A stretch of 64,000 nt of DNA. It comes from the human T2T-CHM13v2.0 reference genome, Homo sapiens. Shown here one piece after another: positions 1 to 18,118 of the stretch. Position 1 is the stretch's first letter; each line of letters opens with the position of its first letter. A model generated the notes under the pieces. The model had not been told where the DNA came from. It saw nothing but the letters and a program-made list of their open reading frames with translations, and did no database searches. The DNA is taken from assembly GCF_009914755.1 (NCBI RefSeq), contig NC_060925.1. One strand, written 5' to 3'. A program made the translations under genes and the position numbers.

Positions 1-1700
1 ATGTAGACATATGATGGTGATTGCATCTCCATGTGTACCCTTTCCCGGGGTTCCACAAATGTTAGAGATGGTCTTGGCAGCAGGAGTAGGTGCACTGTTA
101 TTGTAAGCTGCCTGCTTATGCAACTCATTTGTGTTTTCAAGTCCTGCTTGAGCCTGCTCTTATATATATGTAACTTCCACTTGATGATGAAATGCTGTTG
201 GACATACCTGATTATAGGGGTGCATGAATTAGAAAATACTCAGTTGAGGGTGGCTCAGGTTGCATAGTCATTTGGTGTGTCTCATAGTCAGTGTATTAGT
301 CTTTGCACTGCTATAAAGAAATACCTGAGACTGGGTAATTTATAAAGAAAAGAGTTTTACTTGGCTCAGGATTCTGCAGGCAGTACAGGAAACATAGTGG
401 CTTTTGCTTCTGGGGAGGCCTCAGGAAACTTACAATCATGGCAGAAGGTGAAGGAGAAGCAGGGATGTCTTACATGGCAGGATCAGGGCCAAGGGGCAGG
501 GGGAGGTGCTACACACTTTGAAACAACCAGATCTCACAAGCACTCAATCACCATCATGAGAACAGCACCGAGAAGATAGTGCTAAACCGTTTATGAGAAA
601 TTTCTCCCATGATTCAATCATCTCTCTCCAGGCCCCACCTCTAACACTGGTAATTACAATTTGACATGAGATTTGGACAGGGACACAGATCCAAACCATA
701 TCAGTCAGGTACAGCAAACCTAAAGCTATACCAGAAGAGAGTTATTTTCTTAAGATTATGTGGTTCTGCTTAACATTTAACGAACCTCTGTTAGTTTTTT
801 ATTGTTGTTGTTATCTTAGTCTGCCATACCTTCAAGGAGCAATCAGACGGCTCCAGGTCACCTCAAGCACATTTAGGTCTGCAAGGCCATAAGGGCCAAT
901 GGCAGAGATGCTTACATTGTAGCCCGAACGAGCAGGAGAATCTTCTCTTGCTTTGGGCCCATTCAAAGTTGATTGTCTTATAGCTAGTGAATGTGCTGAC
1001 ATAATACACCTAGTTGCGATGTATATTGTCTCCAAGTACAAGAAGACCTACGAAGTATGATGTCTCTTTCTTAATGACAGTGCATTCAAGGTGAAGCAAG
1101 ATTGCATTTATCTTTGAGGGAATGTGCTGATATTCTCCAAATGACTGGACTCCTAGAAACATTACTAAGGTGTCAGGCCCCCTAACTTTCATGAGATTTA
1201 TCTTGGTACTTTTGTGCCTCTAACGTATCTGCTATTGGCTTCTCACTACATCATCAGATCATCATAATGTAATCCCTATGGTAGATCAGCATGATGGCAA
1301 AGGGAATGGGATACAATGAAGCTGTCTGTTATATTTCTCCCTTCTGGGTATAATACCTTCATAATCTATTACCATTAGTATTTTCCAGATCTTTGCTAAA
1401 TAAATTAACAAAAACTGGCAAGTCTTTTGGTGTGAAAGCCTACTCCTCTGAAGTTTGACTATCTTATTGACCCAGGGGACATGCAGTGACCTAGTTATAG
1501 ACCTGGAGGAAAAAGGAGTAAGAGGGTTGAGGCATGAGGAAAATTGGTATCTTCTTTCAGGAAAGGAGGATCCTAGGTGAGTGAGGTTATTACAGACTGG
1601 TAAGGCAGAACTAGTTTTCCAGATGACAGTAGGGGCCATGTCTTCAGGTAAGGGAAGCCTTGATCCTCAGGGTCCTATTCTTTCTTAATCAATGTGCTGC
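1..1700 (-). mobile_element. ERVL-class internal (pol) remnant, interrupted by an MST LTR
   Basis: Minus-strand peptides KVRGPDTLVMFLGVQ..IPSKINAILLHL..KKETSYFVGL and QQHFIIKWKLHIY resemble HERVL RT/tether. Right boundary approximate. Confidence 0.7.
292..703 (-). mobile_element. MSTA-like MaLR solo LTR
   Basis: Ends tgtattagtc...aaaccatatca; 5-bp TSD GTCAG at 287-291 and 704-708. Confidence 0.9.
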
Positions 1701-2668
1701 CTTTTAACAGAAAAAAATTCAGAAGGCTGAGGATTCAACCTGCTTTGAAATCCAACAAGCCACAGGACCAGAATCTGTATCTAATTTTTGACTGTCCAGG
1801 CTTCCAGCCCCTGCAGCCTCCCCCTGGGAATTCTGGTGAGTGAAACTTTTCTACCTCACTGAGCACAGGAGAGTCAGAGATGGAGGGGAATAAGAACTGA
1901 ATAAGCGAAAACAAAAAATGTGCTTTTCAGTAATTTTTCTTAAGCCCACGTAAACCAGTTGAAACTATTCCAACATTTTCCATGAAATAAAGCACACATT
2001 TATTACCAGATAGTATACATAATAATTGCTTCTGCTTTCATTTCCTGTGGGAGAAGAATAATCCATCATCTTTTGTGTCGTGTCCATAGGATACAAAAAC
2101 GGTACGTGGCACATTGCAATATAGTGTGATGAGAAGGAGTGGAGAACATAAAAGAAGCATCTCCCGTGGACTGGGGACAGGGAGAGGGATGAGAATAGGG
2201 GAACCTGCTTCAGATGGCACAAAATGGGAGGGAAGCTGAGGCTTAGAGAGCGCTGCTTAAATTTCCTCACCAGTAAGTGCTAGAATCACTCTTTTTTCTT
2301 CCTCCTTAAGATTGTGACAATAAAATAAAACTGCTGCATGTAAGGTGCTTAAAATGGATCTTACACATTGCAGGGATTATCGTCTTCTCAAGGAGGTCGG
2401 GAGAGGAAGAAGCCAAAGACAAGGTCCAGGTTCCTGGTTGGGGCCATTGCCTGAGAATGGGAACACAGAAATAGGCTAGAAGATGAAGATAAACGCAGCA
2501 TTTGACACACCGAGTTTGAGGCACCAGTGGAGATGTCTAGTAGAGAGCTGAATGCAGAATCTGATGCTAGGCAGAGGATGGGGGTTGGAGATACAGACTT
2601 GGGCATTAGCAGCGTGGGGATGATCATTGAAGGCAGAAAAGTGGATGTCCCAGTGAGAAGATTAAAAA

Positions 2669-2961
2669 AGGCTGGGCACAGTGGGTCACAATTGCATTCA
2701 TAGCACTGTGGGACACTGAGGTGGGAGGGTCATTTTAGCCCAGGAGTTAGAGACCAACCCGGGCAACATAGCAAGACCCTGTCTCTACAAAATTAAAAAT
2801 TAAAAAACTATCCGAGCTTGGTGGCACATACCTAGCTATAGTCCCTGTTACTCGGGAGGCTGAGGCAGGAGGATCACTTGAGCCTGGGTGTTTGAGTCTG
2901 TAGTGAGCTATGATCATACCACTGAACTTCAGCCTGAGTGCCAGAGCAAGACCCTCTGTCT
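2669..2961 (+). mobile_element. AluJ
   Basis: Dimeric Alu with J-type features (gcaacatagcaagaccctgtctc, tgagctatgatc). The tail is replaced by a GA repeat. Confidence 0.85.
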
Positions 2962-2967
2962 GAGGGA

Positions 2968-2995
2968 CAGAGAGAGAGAGAGAGAAAGAGAGAAG

Positions 2996-3034
<39 letters not shown>
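2968..3034. repeat. (GA)n microsatellite
   Basis: Imperfect GA dinucleotide run. Confidence 0.95.
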
Positions 3035-3035
<1 letters not shown>

Positions 3036-3369
3036 AACGGGCTTATGATAGGCCCTTAGAAGTACCATTCAGGGGAAGGGTGAAGGTGGAGAAAGAGGAG
3101 GCAGCAGAAGAGCCTGAGGAGAACAGCAGGAGGAAGGGGATCCAGGAGAGAGTGATGTCAGGGAAACTGAGGAAGAGTTCTCAAGAAGAAGAAAAAGAAA
3201 GGGGTAAACAGTGCCAAATCCTGGGTGGTTGCTGGTCAACTGGTTGTGTTCTGAAGTGTGCTGGTAGAGGAAGGCCAAGGAGTGAGTGTCTTGGAGCAAG
3301 TGTAGAGGCATTGCTGTGATGTGGAAGATCAAGAAACAGGATGATAGTTAAAGTGTGAGGTTATGGAGA

Positions 3370-4278
3370 TGCTACAACCTTCGGAGGGTTTCTTCCTGCC
3401 TGCTGCATACAGATAGACCACAGTATTGTAGTAAAGAAAGAGTTTAATAGACATAAGGCCAGACATGCCACATGGGAGATGGAGTTTGTACTCAAATAAT
3501 CTAATTCAAAGCTCATAGGTTAGGGGTTTTTCAAAGGCAGTTTGGGTGAAGGGTTGGTGGTGGCCAGGTAACAGGTGCTTGCTCCTGATTGGTTGGGACA
3601 AAGATAAAATCACAGGGGGTGGAAGCTGTCCTTCTGAGAGCTGAATTGCTTATGGGTGGGGCCATAAGAGCAGGGTTGGCAGTCCAGATGGAGCCGTGGG
3701 TGTCAGACACGCAAAAAACCTGGAAAGATATCTCGAAAGGTCAATCTACAATACTGGTGTTATTTGCAGGAGTAATTGGGAAAGCTGCATATCTTATAAC
3801 CTCTGGAATCATTTATGCCTGCACCTTAGCAGGACTCAGGGTCCTCTCCTCTCCTCAGCCTCATGGTCTTGCATTAGCTTTACAAAAGCAGTGGAGTTTT
3901 GGGCAAGGCCTATTATCATTCCTAGCTTCCCTGCAAGCCCCATTGAATGCAGACCAACATATTTTTGTAAACTTCCTTAAAATATTGTTTTTTTTTTTTG
4001 TTTTTGTTTTTGTTTTTATTTTTTGCTCCTGAGCTATCATTAGTGTTAGAGTATTTTATGTGTGGCCCAAGATAATTCTTCTTCCAAAGTGGCCCAGGGA
4101 AGCCAGAAGATTGGAAATCCCTGACTGTAGCCAAAAATGTCTTCAAAAGTTAGCTCAGCCCAATAGCGTAGGAATAGTTAAGGGAAAGGCAAGTTTTGCA
4201 GGGGAGTAGAGAGGAGAGTTAGTTCACCTTACTGTTACGATTTTCTCAGTGATTTAATTTTTGCAAGGGTGGGTTCAG
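3370..4278 (-). mobile_element. ERV1 solo LTR (LTR8/MER4-group-like) containing MER30
   Basis: Minus-strand start tgaacccacccttgcaaaa resembles the tgaaaccgcctttgcaaaa LTR family. Confidence 0.6.
3930..4123. mobile_element. MER30 hAT DNA transposon fragment
   Basis: gtgtggcccaagataattcttcttccaaagtggcccagggaagccagaagattggaaatccctg matches the MER30 terminus. Confidence 0.7.
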
Positions 4279-4329
4279 GTTTTGCTGAGAATATGGAGAG
4301 GTTTGGGAGAATGTGAGAGGGAATCAGTA

Positions 4330-4570
4330 GAATGATGAAAATGTGGGCTCTGGATTCAAACTACTTGCATTTAAATCCTGGTTCTGATATTTCCCAGCTG
4401 TGTGAACTTGAACAAATGACTTGGTGTTCTTATGTCTCCTTTTTCTATTTTCTAAATGGGGATAATGAAACCTATTTCATAGAGTGTTTATGAGGATTAA
4501 ATGAGTTAAAACCTTCAGAATGCTTAGAAGAGTCATGGCACATAAGAAGCATTCAATAAGCACTATTATT
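4330..4570 (+). mobile_element. MIR
   Basis: gggctctgga...aaatcctggttctg...agctgtgtgaacttgaacaa...aaatgggataat...gaggattaaatgag core. Confidence 0.8.
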
Positions 4571-4993
4571 AATTTATATTATCTTTCAATAGCTGTCATG
4601 CACATAACATTGCTGAGTGGTGTTAAAGTTTGCTTGGGATTGGCTGCATGAATTTATAACGGTGTCACCTGAGAGGCTGATGATTGTGTCAGGCAGCATG
4701 AGTGTTGTGCAGAGATGGACACTTGGCTCAACCCCAGATTTATAATTTTCCAGGAGCTTCCAAACCATTAGAATTTTCTGAGGAACAGGAATGTCTTTAT
4801 TATTCACACGAACCCCTTTTGACCATATCTGAGTGTACACTAATGCGTTGACTCTTGGCAGGTCCCTGCAGAGCTTCAGGATAGTGACTGGTTGCTTGAG
4901 GAACCGTGCATGTGATTAGAGAGTTGGCAATTTCAACTCCACCCTTATCCCAACCTCTGGGGAGGAGAGAGAGACTAGAGATGGAGCTCTCCT

Positions 4994-5698
4994 TGTTAGC
5001 AGTGGCAAATTTGTATAGGTCTGCAGCAACCTCGGTTCTTGCCTCCTCAGAAGAAAGAATTTGACCACAGGGCATAAGGCAGAGTTAAAGACTATGGCAA
5101 ATTTTAGAGTAGGAGGAAAAGTTTATTAAAAACTTTAGAGCAGGAATGAAAGGAAGTAAAGTACACTTGGAAAAGGGCCAAGCAGGTGACTTAAGAGATC
5201 CAAGTTCCCAGTTTGATCTTTGACTCAGGGTTTTATATGTTGGCATGCTTCTGGGTTCTTGCATTCCTTCTCCCGTGATTCTTCTCTTGGGATGGGTTTT
5301 CCACATGCCCAGTAGCCTGCCAGAATTTGGGAGAGGCTGCATGCACAGTGTGTTTACTGGAGTTGTACACATGCTCACTTGAGGCATTCTTTCCTTACCA
5401 GTTGGAATGTTCCTAGAAGGTCACATAGCAGTTAAACTCCACCATTTTGCCTCTTAATGCACATGCTTAAGCCCACTTGCCCAACTCCTGTGATCTTATT
5501 GGGAAGCTGCTTATCACCATTTTAAAGTTTTTCCCGTCTATTGGGAGACTGTCTTTTTTTGGTGCTGGCTGTGACCAATTATTATTTTAGAGACACAACG
5601 TAACACCCGCCTGACCATCATTGATGGTCACCTGACATTCCTAGTTAGGCGAGTCCTCTCCTGCCCTGCTTCTGTCTGCCTGACTACCTACTGTAACA
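4994..5698 (-). mobile_element. MER50-like ERV1 solo LTR
   Basis: Ends tgttagcagtggc...ctacctactgtaaca; near-TSD tcct/tcat; homologous to 11651-12332. Confidence 0.75.
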
Positions 5699-5842
5699 TC
5701 ATGAGTACTCATGAGCAGATAGGTTCTTTTCCACAGGGGCCAAATTTGGAAACCCTTGAGGAGCTTTTGGAACCCATGACCACTTGGATCCCTTTGGAAA
5801 TGCCCTATGAACTACTCTATGGTTCAATAAAAATCTGTTTGG

Positions 5843-6152
<310 letters not shown>

Positions 6153-6326
6153 AGATCTGCTTGGTTAATGAATGGCTTGCTTAACGGTTTCAAGATGAGA
6201 AGGTGCATCCTGTTTGGGAGGGTGCCACTTTTGTTGAAGAAGGTAAAAACAAATCAGCTCAGTGGTATCTGTAGTGTGTGCCATGTTGGGTGGCATGAAT
6301 GTAGAACACTATGTGCAGTTTGCCAC

Positions 6327-7100
6327 TGTAATTCAGAAACAGTATTCTAAGCTCCTCAATTGACTGAAGGGACCCTTCCCACCCCTACTTGACCAAGGGG
6401 ATTCCAAAGAAACCTGCAAAACTAGGTCAGGCCCTGAGGGGAAGGGAGGTTGGATACATCTCATTATACAGCCTGCTTCTAGTGTTTTGACACAACTGAC
6501 CAGCATTCACATTAAAATAGAGATCATAAAACTGACAAAACAGACTTTTTATAGCAATAAGATACCAAATTCCAACCTGACCCTGGTATAGCCTCACATG
6601 ACAGATAGCCGGGCCTGAAGAAAATCAGTCTTTTGCCCCAGTACATACTTTGAAATGGCCCTGCAAAGTTTTCTCTTGTGAGGGAAATTTGCATTCTGTA
6701 GAGAATCTCCTCTCTTTTGTAGGTCTTTTCCCAATCTAGGCGAGGTTTAACTAAGAGTACGACACCTTTTAAGGTCCAAAAAGTGGCATTTACCATCTAC
6801 TCTCTCTGAAGCCTAATACTTAGAGGTTTCATCTACATACCAAGAATCTTGGCTTCCACAACCCCTCCTTACCTTAACTCAAGCATTTCTTTTTGCTGAC
6901 TTCAACTCTCGAGTCAAGACTTAACTTTTGCAACTAATTGCCGGTCAGAAATCCACCTATGACCTATAAGCTCCCCCACTTTGAGATGTTCCATCTATTC
7001 AGGCCAAACCAATATACACCTTACATGTATTGATTTATGTCTTTGCCTGTAACTTCTGTCTCCCTCTAAATATTTTACAGAGTTTGGCTTTTTTTTCACA
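6327..7100 (+). mobile_element. MER39/MER4-group ERV1 solo LTR
   Basis: TG...CA ends; similar to the LTRs at 7472-8814 and 14110-17925. Confidence 0.65.
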
Positions 7101-7104
7101 ACCG

Positions 7105-7445
7105 CAACCTGGGTCTCCATGACCAGAGTTACTATTCGGGCTCCATCATGTAGGCCTGATTAATTGCCCACATGTTTAACTTCAGCCATTCTGGAAGTCA
7201 TCTGATAGCAGGTGAACCAAAGTTTCCACCCTAAATCACATTGGTGGTCTTTTGGCATGGCCAGACTATCTGGTGTGGCTAGCACCCACCCTAAATCATA
7301 TTATTTGGTGATCCAGTGATCCAAGGCCTCCAGTGAATCAAAGTAACTCCTATCAGGCATGACATTCCAAGGAACTAAAGATTACCTCCCAGCCAAGGGC
7401 AAAACCAGACTTCACTTTGAGCAAGGTTAAATTCTTTTTGCATAC
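7105..7445 (-). mobile_element. MER21-like LTR fragment
   Basis: Homologous to 33840-34420 (ccctaaatcaca...ctcctatcagg...aggttaaattcttt). Confidence 0.5.
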
Positions 7446-7471
7446 ACACCTGGAACCAATTTTTCTCCCAG

Positions 7472-8814
7472 TGTAAACCAAAAGTAAAATACAAAGCCCT
7501 CCACTGAAACCGCCTTTGCAAAAATTATAACTGAGGAAATTATGTCAGTAAAAGAGATCAGACCTAACCAACCCCATCTTCCTTCTAACCTCTAAACTGT
7601 CTTTGTTCATTCCTGGGTATAGGCCTAACCAGCCTTAGGAAGGAATTCAGTTTATAGTTTAAACTGAAACAAAATGGATAATAGCCCTTTCCTGAAAATC
7701 CCCTTTTTGCCTGGGGACTGGGGACCTGTCTGCCTTTGTAGGACTAACAAATTAGCTACAAGATTAGTTATCAAGGTTTAGAGGCCATGCAGCCTCTGGC
7801 TGCAAGAGTCTGAAGCTCCCCAAATTGCTCCTGGGAATAACACTGCTGTTGTAAAACCTAAGATCAGTGCTTGAGATATTTTGCAGACCCTGCATTCCGA
7901 TGCAGCAGATGACACCACCCAGACTGATAATCTAGCTCAACCAGTTCTGCAATCCTACCCAGGAACAGAAGTCAGCAAGAAGAACTCACTTTGACTTCCT
8001 ATGATTTTATCTTCAACCCAACCAATCAGCACTCCCCACTTTCTGAGCCCACAACTGCCAAATTATCCTTAAAAACTCTGATCCCCGAATGCTTGGGGAG
8101 ACTGATTTGTGTAATAATAAAATTCTGGCCTCTTGCACAGCCGGCTCTGTGTGAATTACTCTTTTGCCAATGCAATTCTCCTGTGTTGATCAACTGGCTC
8201 TGTGTAGGCAGCGGGCAAGGTGAACCCATTGGGTGGTTACACCAACCCAAACCATCTGAATGGACTTCCTTCTCTAGGCCAGGGCACTCCAAATTTGACC
8301 TCAAAGACTGGTTCAGTTCATGACAGGAAGTGGGGGTCGGACAGGCCTCATTATGCCCGCCTTTGTTTTGGAATTCAGAAAAAGCCTATCAGCATTTAAC
8401 ATTCACGTAATAAGTCTGATAAGAAACATTTACAATCTCTTCTCTCTAAAGCCTGCTACCTGGAATTTCATCTGCATGATAAAACTTTGGTCTCCACAAC
8501 CTCTTATCCTAACCCAGACATTCCTTTCTATTGATAATAACTCTTTCAACCAATTGCCAATCAGAAAATTGCTTAATCTATCTACAACCTGGAAGTCCCT
8601 GCTTTGAGTTGTCCTGCCTTTTAAAATCAAACCAATGTATATCTTAAATGTATTTGATTGATGTCTCATGTCTCCCCAAGATGTATAAAATGAAGCTGCG
8701 CCCTGGCCACTTTGGGCACATGTTCTCAGGGTCTCCTAAGAGCTGTGTCACTCATATTTGGCTCAGAATAAATCTCCTCAAATATTTTACTGAGTTTGAT
8801 TCTTTTCGTTGACA
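7472..8814 (+). mobile_element. MER39/MER4-group solo LTR with nested LTR8
   Basis: Ends tgtaaaccaaaa...cgttgaca; TSD CCAG on both sides. Confidence 0.8.
7505..8241 (+). mobile_element. LTR8-like solo LTR
   Basis: Ends tgaaaccgcctttgcaaaaattataactgagg...gggtggttaca; near-TSD ccac/ccaa. Confidence 0.8.
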
Positions 8815-8819
8815 CCAGT

Positions 8820-10200
8820 CATTGCTGAGAGGCACCAAATGCATATTGGGGTATATTTTCAATACTCAGCTGAGTAGTTGACAAATCTTCCTTAGTCTGC
8901 ACCTCCTGCCTGCACAGAGCCTCAGTGTCAGCTATGGTGAGAGTGTAGGGCTTTTTGAAGCCTTTACTAAGCATCAACACAGTACGTGCGATGCACACAG
9001 TAAAGGGATGTGCGTGGTCTTCTAGATTCTGAGAAATATGTGAGAGCTTTTCAAAGCCCAAGTGGACAACTCATTCAAAGCTTTTCCTTTCAAGCTTTTT
9101 GTCTACTCTGTTGTTTGCATTTACTGTTATCCATTGCAGTACACAGCCACAAAGTTAAACAATTACTAATAGTTGCTTTCAACAAATGTCTTCTAATCAA
9201 AGGGCTTTTTGCAGTGGGAGAGCTTCAAGATACATCGAATACTGACATCATTGCAAGTAGGGTCTTCCTGGGAACCACTAAGAGATCAAAGAATGACATT
9301 TCTTTGGGAATAAACCTTTAAAAGAGCTTCAACTCTTTTCTGCTCCTTTGAGTAGCTACTAGACGGCTGTTTTTCACCATGAATGCACATTGATACATTT
9401 CAAGGCTACAGTGGAGTTGGAGTGTGGGATGTGGGACTGGAGAAAGTTATAAAACACAAAGCCCTCTGTTCTTATTGAGATTAGAACTTTTCTTGAATTG
9501 CTGCAAGTTGTTGGATAATTTTCAGAATTCTGAAAAAGTTCCCTCCAAAGTTAGCAAGTTTTCTCATTGCTTTACAAAAGAGAGGGTTTTTTTTTTTTTT
9601 TTAAATAGGAGCCATCTTTACTGAAAAACAATCAAAGGTCTCCAGCAACCAAATGATGATCCAAACAAGAAAAAGCCACATTCAAATTAATAGGAAATTC
9701 CATTGCAATTTTTTATGAACTCACCCCAACCCCTGATAGGTATGCTCTTGGTCTTGGGAAGGAGGCATCCCAATTCTCAATTCTCTATCTCAAATTGAAC
9801 TCGAGAGAGAGAACTCGAGAGAGGCAACTTGAGAGAGAGCAGAGCACACCTTATTCACACTGTTCTAATCTGTCCAGGTGCTGCCTAGTGGAGGAATCTC
9901 AGGTAGGGAGAAGGGAAACTTACCTGCAGAATTCTGGAGCAATAGATTACAGGTGGAGAATACCTTAGAACTTCTAAATTAGCATCCCGGTTGCCAACTC
10001 TTTCCTTCAACTGAGAGGGAGCACAGCACACCTTATTCACAAGGTTCTAACTGGATAGAGGCTGCCTGAAGGATTAGTCTTTGTTTTGACTAACTCAGAT
10101 CTTAGGTAGGGAAAAGCACTCAGAAGATAGACTTTTTGGGGCTCTTCACTCCATCATTTCTAATACATATGTTGAATTATAAAGCTTTTAATATTAAAGC
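8820..10200. mobile_element. Old L1M 5'-region fragments
   Basis: L1M-like text; 8820-9620 is paralogous to 34440-35170. Confidence 0.45.
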
Positions 10201-10426
10201 TAAAGTTATTCAGTATTTGTATACCCCTCCTTTAATAATCCATTGCAACCACCCATTATTTGTTTATTTTCTGAAATTTTTGCTCTAACATATTTTAACC
10301 TAAATATCAGTATTAGTATTAGTACTATTTATCAGCAAATAGGCAGTTGGGTCTAGAGGAGGAGAGAAGGAAGAACAGATATTTAGGGACTATCCTGAGA
10401 AAGAGTTTTAATTGTAAGCCTGCTGA

Positions 10427-10875
<449 letters not shown>

Positions 10876-11650
10876 TCTTTGGGAATCTTAAAACTGATTG
10901 GTGTCAGCTGGAAATCAGGATCTGAAAAAGTCTTAATTAATTATTAATGAAAGCCTTATGATTCTAACACCAGTGATTCTATCTATAGGAACAATAAGGA
11001 TGCAAATAGGATCTAGGGCTACTTGAATTTCAGTTACAAGGAAGTGGGTCAAAGTGCACCTGATTAATGCTTCACTGTGACTATATTTCTGCCCAGAACC
11101 CCACACATCATTCTTATTAACGCTGTGAGGATGGTTTCATTGACAGCTGTGCACCTTGTCACTTACCATAGGTGTGTACTGGAGTGAGTTACTTAATCTC
11201 TCCGGACATCTAGGATGCTGTACCACCTAGAAGGTGCGTGTAATGCTTAGACAACAGGGTTATTTTGAGAATGATTTGATGTATGTTGTGGATTAATTAA
11301 AATAATGCATATAAAGCCACAGGATATAGCAAATATTCAGTAATTACATTCTTCATGTACCCTAGTATTCATCTGGCACTTCTTATGGTTCGGGTTTCAA
11401 ATAAAATAAATGTGACCACCCATCCCATATTACAGAGACATCCAGAGCCTTTCCCAGAATTTCTCTGAATTCCAGGGATTTAGGTTCTCAGGGTCACTAA
11501 GTCCTGCAGACCTCTTATTCTTCCTAGACTCAATCACATTTGATCAACATTTCTCTGCTATGTGGCACTTTCCCCCGCCACACACACAGTCTGCTGCTAC
11601 AGATCCAGATCTGTCTTCCTTTAATTCCCCAAAGCATTACCAGCAAGCAC

Positions 11651-12332
11651 CGTTAGTGATGGCAGAGATCCCAGTTATCTGGAGTTAGCAGTGGGGTAGC
11701 AACTTCAGTCCTTGCCTCCTCAGAAGAAAGAATTTGACTGGGTGGTATAAAGCAGAAAAAGAGACTGAAGCAAGTATCCGAGTAGGAGTGGAAGTTTATT
11801 GAAAAAGGCTTTAGAACAGGAAAGAAAGGAAAATTCACTTGGAAGAGACGCAAGTGGGTGCCTGAAGTTCCAAGAGAGAAAATGGGAGCAAAAAGGGGCC
11901 TTTAACCTTGATCCTGGGACTTTATAGGCTTGCCTCTTTCCCATGACTCTTCCCCTAGGGTGGGCTTTCTGCATGGGCAGTGCTCTCCTTACCCTTTGCA
12001 ACTGAGCACACACAGTGTGTTTAGGGAGTTACATGCATGCACGTCTGAGGCTTTCTTCCTTTTTTTGGTAGATTGTACCTGGGATATCATCCTGCCCTCA
12101 TTTTTTCTCTTCACAAGCATGCCCAGGAAGTTGCTTCTCCCTGGGGCCTGCATTCAATGAACAGTTTGAATGTTAACAGGTGTGGACCATCAGGAGATTG
12201 TCTCTCCCTGGCTACCGAATTATCATTTTTAGAGAGACAGTGTGATAATTGTGGAATCATCACCTGACATTCCTAGCTGGTCAGAGGAGAGCCCTCTCCT
12301 GCCTGCTCATGCCTCTCTAACTACCTGTAACA
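11651..12332 (-). mobile_element. MER50-like ERV1 solo LTR
   Basis: Ends ctacctgtaaca; TSD GCAC at 11647-11650 and 12333-12336. Confidence 0.8.
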
Positions 12333-12408
12333 GCACCACGAAGTTATGGAAGTAAACTCTTACCAAAGGACTTGTGGTTGGTGTGTGTGAAAGTGCACGT
12401 GATATGCC

Positions 12409-12878
12409 TGAGAAAGGAAAAAACAAAAAACAAAAAACTTTTATCTGAGGAATGCCAGTCCTTTTAAAGTATCAGGCACAGAGAAACATTAAAATAAGAC
12501 AGCATTCATGCCCTTCTCTCCCCCTTGAGCTATGTATTCATCTCTTGAAACTGCTTGTTATTGGGACAAGTAGCTATAAATTAACCTAACTATGCCACAC
12601 CAGACACTATAACTCATACCTTACAGCTAAACAGTGTATAACCAATCACTGATCAATGTTACTTCTGTAAACCAAGCAGAATTCCTGACAAGCAACTTTG
12701 TATCAGCCCATCCTTGTCCCCTGCTTTGCCTTTAAAAAGCTGCTTGTAACAAAGGGTGAACAGAGCACACGTCTAAGGTTACTTGGGTCTGAGTCTTCCA
12801 GGCAACTGTCCTCACTTTGGCTCAAGTAAAGGCTTTCAATAATATGTTGTGCCTCTGCCTCCTCTTTTTAGGTTGACA
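12409..12878 (+). mobile_element. ERV1 solo LTR (subfamily uncertain)
   Basis: Ends tgagaaagg...aggttgaca; TSD TGCC. Confidence 0.75.
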
Positions 12879-14109
12879 TGCCTCAGCACAGAATGGAAAG
12901 GATGCTGAAAAACTGATTAGTCTTCTGGATTTTTTTTTTTTTTGTCAGTTCCTGGTCTTTTGCCAGTGTGGAGTGTATATTGGGGTTGACTCTCTCTTCC
13001 TGTTTCCAGACTGTGCTACATTGCCAGTTCCTTCTCTCCATGCTATTCCTTCCTACTATCACAGAATGGTTTCCATTTCAAACAGTTCCCCAAAAAAGAG
13101 ACCTCTCAGGAGAGGTGCAGTGACATGTGTGGGACTGGCCCCATAACACTTGAGGGTGACCAATGGGTGAGCTGCTCAGAGTTTGCTCCAATAGAAAAAG
13201 TTTGTGGCCAGGATGCACAAATGGCCTGTGGAAGATATTTACCTATTAGTAGGCAGGATAGGATGGAAATTAAGCCAGTATTAAACGTTATTTCTTCTAA
13301 GATGTTGCAGAGCAGTTTGGGGGAGAGCACAGACTGGACTCCAGGTGACCTACATGAAGTCACACAGTGAGATGGGCTAGCAGCTGTGAGACTGCGGGGT
13401 GAGCCTCAAGCTTGTCCTTAGAAGCCAGATCCTGCCCCTTGACTAGCTGTGTGACCTTTTACACATTGCATAACCTCTCTGTGTCTCAAGCCGCATGTCC
13501 CTAAAATGAGTTTGTAAGTAGTGCTCTGAGTGTGTGGGAGTGGAGCTAAGCCTCCAGGACGATAGACTGTAGGACTTTGGATACTGGTTCCCAGCAAAAG
13601 ATAAATGCCAATATTTGCATTGGGTATGGGGGGAGTGAACACTTCCCACAAAGGCCTTTGTTCTTTTGCCCACAGCTTGTTACTTAGGCAACTGACAATT
13701 GAAGTTTGTGGAAAACCAGAAAGGAAATTAATCATTAATTGGGGTAGGGACAAAGGAAAACCACTAAAAACAGGAGGGGCCTAGCTGAGCCTTGCTATGA
13801 GAGTATGACTTTTGTGCCTGACCATAGGCTGACACTGGTGACCAGGGCTACCTGGGGCAGAGCTGTGAACACAGGGAAGCTGGCAAGCAGGGGGAGGTGT
13901 GTGCGAGAACACCAACGGGCTGCGTGCGGAGAGGGGCTCTTCAGTGCAGTGCCAGGAACACTACAGAGTGAGGTTCTTTCCACATTTATTCTATAGTTAC
14001 CTACTGAGTATACACTGCAGGTGCTGGAATAAGCTGAAAGAGCTTTCTTTAAAATCGTGGGCTGTCACAACAGAACTAACTAGCCAGAGGTCAAACAAGA
14101 ATTAACTTG

Positions 14110-17925
<3,816 letters not shown>

Positions 17926-17989
17926 TATTGCTAGTTCCATCCTGGAAGATTGTGTAAGGCCTCCTAGGCTCAAGCTTTTCTTCTTTTCT

Positions 17990-18046
17990 TACCTTGTCCC
18001 TTCCTGTTGTTTCCTCTGCAGCTGAACAGGTGGCAGCTGGCCTACC
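17990..18046 (+). promoter_or_regulatory. Candidate haematopoietic-type proximal promoter of the leader exon
   Basis: ETS-like TTCCTG and TTCCTC plus three E-boxes (CAGCTG, CAGGTG, CAGCTG) within 60 bp of the ATG. Motif match only. Confidence 0.3.
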
Positions 18047-18118
18047 ATGGGCTACTGCTCTGAGGACCAGCCCCTCACTGGGCCTCCCAACTCCTGGGAT
18101 TCATCTGCCTCCTCTTCA
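18047..18118 (+). pseudogene. SLAM-like signal-peptide exon with 1-nt deletion
   Basis: Strong Kozak ctaccATGG and donor TTCA|gtgagt. Reads MGYCSEDQPL, then shifts frame to WASQLLGFICLLF. 72 nt instead of the 73 nt needed to join the phase-1 exon at 38120. Confidence 0.65.

Larger units (their letters stand above)
2400..3360 (-). mobile_element. L2 fragments flanking an Alu
   Basis: Typical L2 antisense text (ttgaggcaccagtggagatgtctagtag...ggggttggagatacagacttggg). Boundaries approximate. Confidence 0.55.

Noticed and set aside
2888-3319. RE-rich 143-aa ORF
   Set aside because: Translation of Alu, (GA)n and L2 sequence.
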